Source: an uncultured delta proteobacterium (GTDB taxonomy: Bacteria > Desulfobacterota > Binatia > UBA9968). Taken from it: DNA of 64,000 nucleotides. Position 1 is the first letter of the stretch; the number at the start of each line of letters is the position of its first letter. The stretch covers positions 56,924-120,923 of the forward strand of contig CAVTUQ010000011.1 in the NCBI GenBank assembly GCA_963737905.1. The letters run 5' to 3'. The notes under the pieces are model-generated. The model searched no databases. It was not told the DNA's origin and saw nothing but the letters and a program-made list of their open reading frames with translations. The position numbers were made by a program, and so were the translations under genes. This document shows positions 58,750 through 64,000 of the stretch, piece by piece.

Positions 58750-59844
58750 ATGGACACGCCACGAACGCTGGAAGAAATCAAGAACGATATTCGTAGCCGA
58801 GTGGGCCATCGAGCGCCGTTCAATCATGCCGACAAACAAGACGCCGAAGAAGCTCTTTCAAAGTTAAATAGCGTGGACGCTGAGGCCTGGGCCGCGGTAT
58901 GGAACGAGTTGGGAGCGCGATGGGAGGAAAAGGCCCGCCGGGCAGAAGCCGGCGGCAAGCGGGATGAAGCAAAACAAGCTTACCTCAAGTCGTTCGGCTA
59001 CTATGGCATCGGCCGCCACCCGTTCCCCAGCACTCCCGGTAAACAGCACGCCTATTTGAAAGCCCGCGAGATGCATCTGGCGGCATCGCGCTATTTCGAT
59101 ATCCCACTTGTGCGCATTGCGATTCCCTTTCATGGCAAAGAGATTGTCGGCCATCTCCGCTTGCCGAAGGAAACACCCGCGCCCCTCGTCATGCACTGGG
59201 GCGGCATCGACAATTGGAAAGAAGAGCGCCACACCTTCGCGGAACGGTTCGTCAAAGAAGGATGGAGTTGTTTGGTGCTCGATAGTCCCGGGACCGGTGA
59301 ATGCCCCATGCTCGCATCCCCCGATGCCCATCAGGTTCATGTTGCCGCGCTCGACGCTATGCTGAAGCGTTCCGAGATCGACCCTGACCGGATCGCAGTG
59401 GTGGGCGCCAGCTTCGGGGGCTATTGGGCCACCAAGCTGGCCCATGTTGAACCAAAACGTCTACGCGCAGTGGTGAATTGGGGCGGCGGCATTCATTCTT
59501 TTTTCCAGCCCGAGTGGCAAGAGCGTTCCCGCAATGCAGACTCTTATTTATTCGATCTCATTGAGGCGCGGGCCAACCTGTTCGGGAAGAAGACGATGGC
59601 CGAGTTGAATCAAGTGATGCCCGCTCTGTCTTTGTTGACTCAAGGTTGGTTGGATAAACCCAGTGCACCCATACTGTTGGTCAACGGCAAAGAGGATAGA
59701 CAGGTACCGGTAGAAGATTTTTACCTCTTGCTGGAGCATGGTAATCCGAAGACGATTCGCCTCTTTCCAGGAGGCCACATGGGAAATATCCCATTGGTCT
59801 TTGAAACGGTCATTCCATGGCTGCATCAAAAACTGGACAAGTGA
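58750..59844 (+). CDS. Alpha/beta hydrolase, FrsA / 2,6-dihydroxypseudooxynicotine-hydrolase-like (start 58732 or 58750)
   Basis: GGIDNWKEE, DSPGTGE, nucleophile GASFGG, NGKED, GGHMG. Confidence 0.82.
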   Translation: MDTPRTLEEIKNDIRSRVGHRAPFNHADKQDAEEALSKLNSVDAEAWAAVWNELGARWEEKARRAEAGGKRDEAKQAYLKSFGYYGIGRHPFPSTPGKQHAYLKAREMHLAASRYFDIPLVRIAIPFHGKEIVGHLRLPKETPAPLVMHWGGIDNWKEERHTFAERFVKEGWSCLVLDSPGTGECPMLASPDAHQVHVAALDAMLKRSEIDPDRIAVVGASFGGYWATKLAHVEPKRLRAVVNWGGGIHSFFQPEWQERSRNADSYLFDLIEARANLFGKKTMAELNQVMPALSLLTQGWLDKPSAPILLVNGKEDRQVPVEDFYLLLEHGNPKTIRLFPGGHMGNIPLVFETVIPWLHQKLDK

Positions 59845-59846
59845 AT

Positions 59847-60101
59847 ATGAGCCTTTATCAACTGCAAAAACTCATTTACCACGTGAACCGCGACCCATCC
59901 CAACATGAACGCTACCGCCAGGATCCCGCCGCGTTCGTTCAAGGCTACGAGCTCACCGAAGAGGAAAAAAGTGCGGCCCTTAATGTTGATGTGCGAAAAC
60001 TTTACACTCTCGGGGTTCATTCTCTGCTATTGCGACCGTTCACCTTGTTGCACAAAGTTTCCAACGAGGACTACGCCAAGAGCCTGGCAGGATTGGAGTA
60101 A
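59847..60101 (+). CDS. LigA-like small subunit of an aromatic ring-opening dioxygenase
   Basis: MSLYQLQKLIY, DP.AFV.GYELTEEE..A, LY.LGVH.LLL; 3 nt before the LigB-like gene. Confidence 0.8.
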   Translation: MSLYQLQKLIYHVNRDPSQHERYRQDPAAFVQGYELTEEEKSAALNVDVRKLYTLGVHSLLLRPFTLLHKVSNEDYAKSLAGLE

Positions 60102-60104
60102 ACC

Positions 60105-60923
60105 ATGCCCGTCGTTTTTGCCTGCGCCGCGAGCCATGCTCCGGGTATGACCGCGTGGACCGAAGCCGCTCCCAAGGACCAATCGGACAGATTTCTTGGC
60201 AGCTATCGAAAGCTGGGCGAGATGCTCGCCGCCTCGAAGCCCGATGCCCTGGTCGCGGTCACCGTAGAGCACTGGGCCAATTTTTTTCTTAACCATATGC
60301 CGGCCTTCTGCATCGGACGCGCCGACCACTATGACGGTCCAGTGGAAGAGTGGCTCAGAATTCCCAAGGCGCGCGTCCCCGGCGATCCACAGTTGAGCGC
60401 GGAATTACTCGAAGCTTGTCTCGACGGCGGTTTTGATCCGACGTTCTCCGACGAACTCTACTTCGATCATGCCACGATGTTGCCGTTGCATTTCCTCAAT
60501 CCCAACCTGGCGGTTCCAGTGGTACCCGTCATCATCAACACCCTCACGGCGCCGATGCCGACACCCAAGCGATGCTTCTCCTTTGGACAGTTTCTCGGAA
60601 GAAACTTGGAGGGATCCGAAAAACGAATCGCCGTCATCGCCACGGGCGGCCTGTCCCATTGGCCGGGAGAAGCCAAGCATGGAAAGATCAACGTTCCTTT
60701 CGACAGGAAGTTTCTTGACACCTTGATCTCGGGCGACCGAGCGAAATTGACGGAATACTCTCATGAAGAGATCAATGTCGAAGCCGGTTCCGGGGGCCAT
60801 GAAATTAGAACCTGGATCGCTCTCGCGGGAGCGCTGCCCGAGTGGAGAGCGGAACTGCTCGCCTACGAACCGGTCGTGCCCTGGGCCACGGGCTGCGGCT
60901 TGGTTGTCTTCAGCCGTTCCTAA
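60105..60923 (+). CDS. Class III extradiol dioxygenase, LigB/MhpB-like
   Basis: ASHAP, EHWANFF, DHATMLP, TGGLSHWPG, HEIRTW. Confidence 0.9.
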   Translation: MPVVFACAASHAPGMTAWTEAAPKDQSDRFLGSYRKLGEMLAASKPDALVAVTVEHWANFFLNHMPAFCIGRADHYDGPVEEWLRIPKARVPGDPQLSAELLEACLDGGFDPTFSDELYFDHATMLPLHFLNPNLAVPVVPVIINTLTAPMPTPKRCFSFGQFLGRNLEGSEKRIAVIATGGLSHWPGEAKHGKINVPFDRKFLDTLISGDRAKLTEYSHEEINVEAGSGGHEIRTWIALAGALPEWRAELLAYEPVVPWATGCGLVVFSRS

Positions 60924-60955
60924 TCCCGGGACCATCTGCCTTTGAAAGTCGGGGC

Positions 60956-61945
60956 ATGCGCTTTAGCCTTCACAGCGTTCACGGTGGCGTCAGGAACATC
61001 GATGAAATACATACACGCGCGCAGCGCGCAGAAGCACTCGGTTACGACGGCATTTTCTTAGGCGAAAGCCATTTGAGCTCCATCGACTCATTCCAGACCC
61101 TCGCCACCTGCGCGATGCTGACAAACCGAGTGCTTCTCGGGATCGCCGTCACCAACATGGTATTCCGCCACCCTACGGTCCTCGCGGGCGCAGCGGCCTC
61201 GCTCAACGAGATCTCTAAAGGCCGGGCCCTATTGGGATTGGGCACGGGAGATGGCCCGGTATACTCCCAAGGACGGAAAGCCACGCCTCTTGATGAATTC
61301 GAGACCGGCGTCAAAATGATTCGCGATCTGGTTCAGGGTAAGCCTATGACTTTCCCCAAGGGGGAAGTTGGGATTGCCTTCAATCTCCGTCCAGTGCCGA
61401 TTTATGTTTCCGCCGAAGGGCCCAAAGGGCTGCGACTCGGAGGCCGCTCAGCGGATGGCGTGATACTCGGAACGGGCTTTGATCTCAACGTTCTTGATTG
61501 GGCGCGCCAGAGAATCTCGGAAGGCGCCGGCGAGGCAGGTCGTCCAGACAGTGAAGTCGCTCTCATCGCCGCCGGCATGCTCTCGGTCCGCGATGACGGC
61601 CATGAAGCGCGCCGCATCGTCCGCAATCGCATCGCCAACCGGGCGCACCATAACTTTCGCTTTACCCTAGAAACCGTGCCCCCGAAACAATTGGAAGGAA
61701 TACAAAAATTCATGGCCGGCTTTGACGTTATGAGGCCGATGGAAGACAGGGTCGATCCCGATCTCGTTAACGATTATCTCGTTCACCGCTTCTCTATCGC
61801 CGGCACACCGGAGGAATGCATCGAGAGAATCGAAGAGCTGCGCGACGCCGGGATCGAACACCTCATGCTCACACCGGCGCGCAAAGTTTATCACGAAAGT
61901 GTCGAGACGTTTGCCGCGAAGGTGATACCGCACTTCAGAAATTGA
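60956..61945 (+). CDS. LLM-class flavin/F420-dependent oxidoreductase
   Basis: AEALGYDGIFLGESH, GIAVTN..RHP, SLNEISKGRALLGLG.GD, AEGPK, FAAKVIP. Confidence 0.88.
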   Translation: MRFSLHSVHGGVRNIDEIHTRAQRAEALGYDGIFLGESHLSSIDSFQTLATCAMLTNRVLLGIAVTNMVFRHPTVLAGAAASLNEISKGRALLGLGTGDGPVYSQGRKATPLDEFETGVKMIRDLVQGKPMTFPKGEVGIAFNLRPVPIYVSAEGPKGLRLGGRSADGVILGTGFDLNVLDWARQRISEGAGEAGRPDSEVALIAAGMLSVRDDGHEARRIVRNRIANRAHHNFRFTLETVPPKQLEGIQKFMAGFDVMRPMEDRVDPDLVNDYLVHRFSIAGTPEECIERIEELRDAGIEHLMLTPARKVYHESVETFAAKVIPHFRN

Positions 61946-62009
61946 AAGTGTTGTCACACTGTAAGATCCGCGGCAAAGGCCCATCCGGACAGCGCTCGAA
62001 CTCAAAACG

Positions 62010-62043
62010 CAAAAGGCCGCTGCGTGGTGCCAGCGGCCTTTTG
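62010..62043. terminator. Bidirectional intrinsic terminator between convergent genes
   Basis: CAAAAGGCCGCTG-loop-CAGCGGCCTTTTG perfect 13-bp inverted repeat. Confidence 0.8.
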
Positions 62044-62071
62044 TCTTTCCTCTGATTTTTGAAGGTCCGAT

Positions 62072-62902
62072 TTACGACGTCACTTCCCACCAGTTCTTGC
62101 TAACATCGCTGAAGATAAAGAATGCCCGCCCGTTCTCCTCTTCCAGATCCCATAATTCGCTGACCCCGACTTGCTTGCCGTTCGTCGAAAACTCTTTGTG
62201 AGCGTCTTCGACTTCCTCCGGAGTGGCCACTTTCAACGTGAAACGATTCGCCGGCGACAAATAGTCACGGCGCGTCGTCGGCAGGACGACGATATACCAA
62301 GGCGTGTTTGGATGCTTGATATAGGTCGACATCCGCCCACCTCCGACAATCTGGAGCCCCAGTACTTCTTCTAAGAATCGATCGTTGGTCGGCTTGTCAT
62401 CACAATCGAGCGTTCCATGGGTCATCGCTTGCGGAATATATCCCCGGCCCGGAAACTTATCCTCCGTAAGGGGTGTCGTCCAGTGCGGCGCGGCGATGGT
62501 TCGACCGTGTTTCACGGCCTGTGGATTATAGTATTCGATTTCAAGATCGTTGCCGCCCGGTTCCTTAAAGTAAACGGAATAGGCAAAATGCGCTTCGTGC
62601 GGCTTTGTCACACTCTTTATGTTGTATCGGGCCTTGTGATCCGATAGGTACTCGTACGCCTTCGGGATCTCCTTAGAGGCGCCGACCCGAAAACCATAGT
62701 GATTCGTGTGCGGCTTGTTCGCTGCGGTCGGACCGCCTTCGTGCACAATCAAGCGCCACTCGGTGTTCGGATGCTTGACGACCGCTTCTTTCTCTTTCCG
62801 CTCGACAACCTCCAGCGCGAGCAAGTCGGTAAAGATCGGCAGAGTCTCGTCCAACGAACGGCATTCGTAGTGCCCGTTGATAAGTCCTACCGGTTTAAGC
62901 AT
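62072..62902 (-). CDS. Two-domain VOC family protein
   Basis: ATG 62902 with AGGAGG; repeated HP(N)T.W..V domains, NHYGF, YFKEPGGNDLEI, FSDVSKNWWEV. Confidence 0.82.
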   Translation of the reverse strand: MLKPVGLINGHYECRSLDETLPIFTDLLALEVVERKEKEAVVKHPNTEWRLIVHEGGPTAANKPHTNHYGFRVGASKEIPKAYEYLSDHKARYNIKSVTKPHEAHFAYSVYFKEPGGNDLEIEYYNPQAVKHGRTIAAPHWTTPLTEDKFPGRGYIPQAMTHGTLDCDDKPTNDRFLEEVLGLQIVGGGRMSTYIKHPNTPWYIVVLPTTRRDYLSPANRFTLKVATPEEVEDAHKEFSTNGKQVGVSELWDLEEENGRAFFIFSDVSKNWWEVTS

Positions 62903-63076
62903 CGTTGCCCTCCTGAATTCTTTGATGATGCGGCATCTCAACCTTATTATTAGGAAAAAGCCTCATTCATGTCAATCGGCGGTCAGCGGCATTGGCGATC
63001 TTCATCTCCATGCCGGATTTTGTTAACGACATTAGCTTGCGCGGCTCGGCTTGGCAGCTTAACATAGGGATAGAGC

Positions 63077-63781
63077 ATGCGTTGTTACGTCATTGGAGAT
63101 ATCCATGGATGCCTTGACGAGTTGCGCTATCTGGTCGAAGGCCTTCCTCTTGAATCCGGCGACCGGCTGGTTTTCTTGGGCGACTATGTCGACCGGGGGC
63201 CGAACTCAAAAGGCGTACTGGCTTATATCCTGGAATTGCAGAGACAGGACGATCTGGAGCTCATTTGCCTAAAAGGTAATCACGAGGACATGTTTTTGGC
63301 GTATCTGGGTTTGCCAGGGCAGCACGGAGACATGTTTTTATACAATGGCGGATACGCGACTTTAATCAGTTATGGAGTGAAGTCCAAACAGTCATCGTTA
63401 AATGAGATAACTTCACAGATCTCTCCAGACCATATCGACTTTCTCAAAAACTTGAGAACGTATTTCGTGATGGAGCCATTCATCTGTGTCCATGCCGGCA
63501 TTCACCCGTCCAAACCCCTGGCAAAGCAAACTCCAGCCGATCTTCTCTGGATCCGCGATGAGTTTATCCATAATCCTCACCGACTTCCCTACACGGTACT
63601 TTTTGGACACACTCCCCGGAGTTCAGTGCTTTTTGATCTACCCTATAAGATCGGGCTCGACACCGGCCTTGTTTACGGCAACAAGCTAAGTTGTTTGGAG
63701 GTCGTTGAGAGAGTGCTGTATCAAATCAGCCGCGGCCAGAAGGACGTCAAATGCATGGCGGCTGCGGACCAATGGAATTAG
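63077..63781 (+). CDS. PPP-family metallophosphoesterase (Ser/Thr phosphatase-like)
   Basis: GDIHG, GDYVDRG, GNHE, VHAG, FGHTP, DTG. Confidence 0.92.
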   Translation: MRCYVIGDIHGCLDELRYLVEGLPLESGDRLVFLGDYVDRGPNSKGVLAYILELQRQDDLELICLKGNHEDMFLAYLGLPGQHGDMFLYNGGYATLISYGVKSKQSSLNEITSQISPDHIDFLKNLRTYFVMEPFICVHAGIHPSKPLAKQTPADLLWIRDEFIHNPHRLPYTVLFGHTPRSSVLFDLPYKIGLDTGLVYGNKLSCLEVVERVLYQISRGQKDVKCMAAADQWN

Positions 63782-63841
63782 ACTTCGCCATTCCCAAAGC
63801 TTGATCTTTTTTCCAGCCCGTCATACTTTACATTGCCACGT

Positions 63842-63918
63842 GGCGGTGTAGCTCAGTTGGTCAGAGCACGCGGCTCATATCCGCGGCGTCGACAGTTCGA
63901 ATCTGTCCACCGCCACCA
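63842..63918 (+). tRNA. tRNA-Met(CAT), elongator type
   Basis: GGCGGTG/CACCGCC-A-CCA acceptor with a G1-C72 pair (not initiator); anticodon arm CGCGG-CTCATAT-CCGCG; GTTCGAAT. Confidence 0.93.
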
Positions 63919-64000
63919 AATTTCCCCCATAGAATTCCGCTGGTTTATCAACAAATTTGCAAGTTCTGCCATTTTTCGATTGATGTCGTTTTGTGCAGTT

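Noticed and set aside
63842-63918. Initiator tRNA-fMet
   Set aside because: It has a G1-C72 pair and lacks the three consecutive G-C pairs of the initiator anticodon stem; tRNA-Ile2 is not strictly excluded.

Overview
Bacterial chromosomal segment with no detectable mobile element, prophage or CRISPR array. The gene content (NMT1/THI5-type binding proteins, LLM oxidoreductases, amidohydrolases, bicupins, the valS-nadC-birA-coaX-fusA2 operon) suggests a deltaproteobacterium-like organism such as Binatota; this is inference only. Left to right: a carbohydrate-catabolism block (glgP, PPi-PFK, gap, a doubly broken ppc, a GH13 glucosidase) with sigma54-type promoters; a TcuA-like flavoprotein plus ETF; a peptidoglycan-binding lipoprotein; AsmA; transport and catabolic genes; a long minus-strand run from a pseudo-receiver gene through valS and EF-G2 to GGT/LLM/PhhB; tRNA-Leu(CAG); a split PuuD-like pair; quinone biosynthesis genes; an orphan nuoB; csp; thrB; a SAM-I riboswitch operon; an ECF sigma cassette; folD-gcvTHP; a LigAB ring-cleavage cluster; tRNA-Met. 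The most notable system is the SAM-I-controlled operon. It encodes an in-frame MoeB(E1)::threonine-synthase-like fusion, a ubiquitin-like sulfur carrier with a masked GG end, and a CysM-like enzyme, next to homoserine kinase. It probably builds homocysteine and cysteine on one shared protein thiocarboxylate. The next most notable item is an unannotated ~164-nt rod-like structured element between csp and thrB. All calls come from reading motifs by eye; no searches were run.
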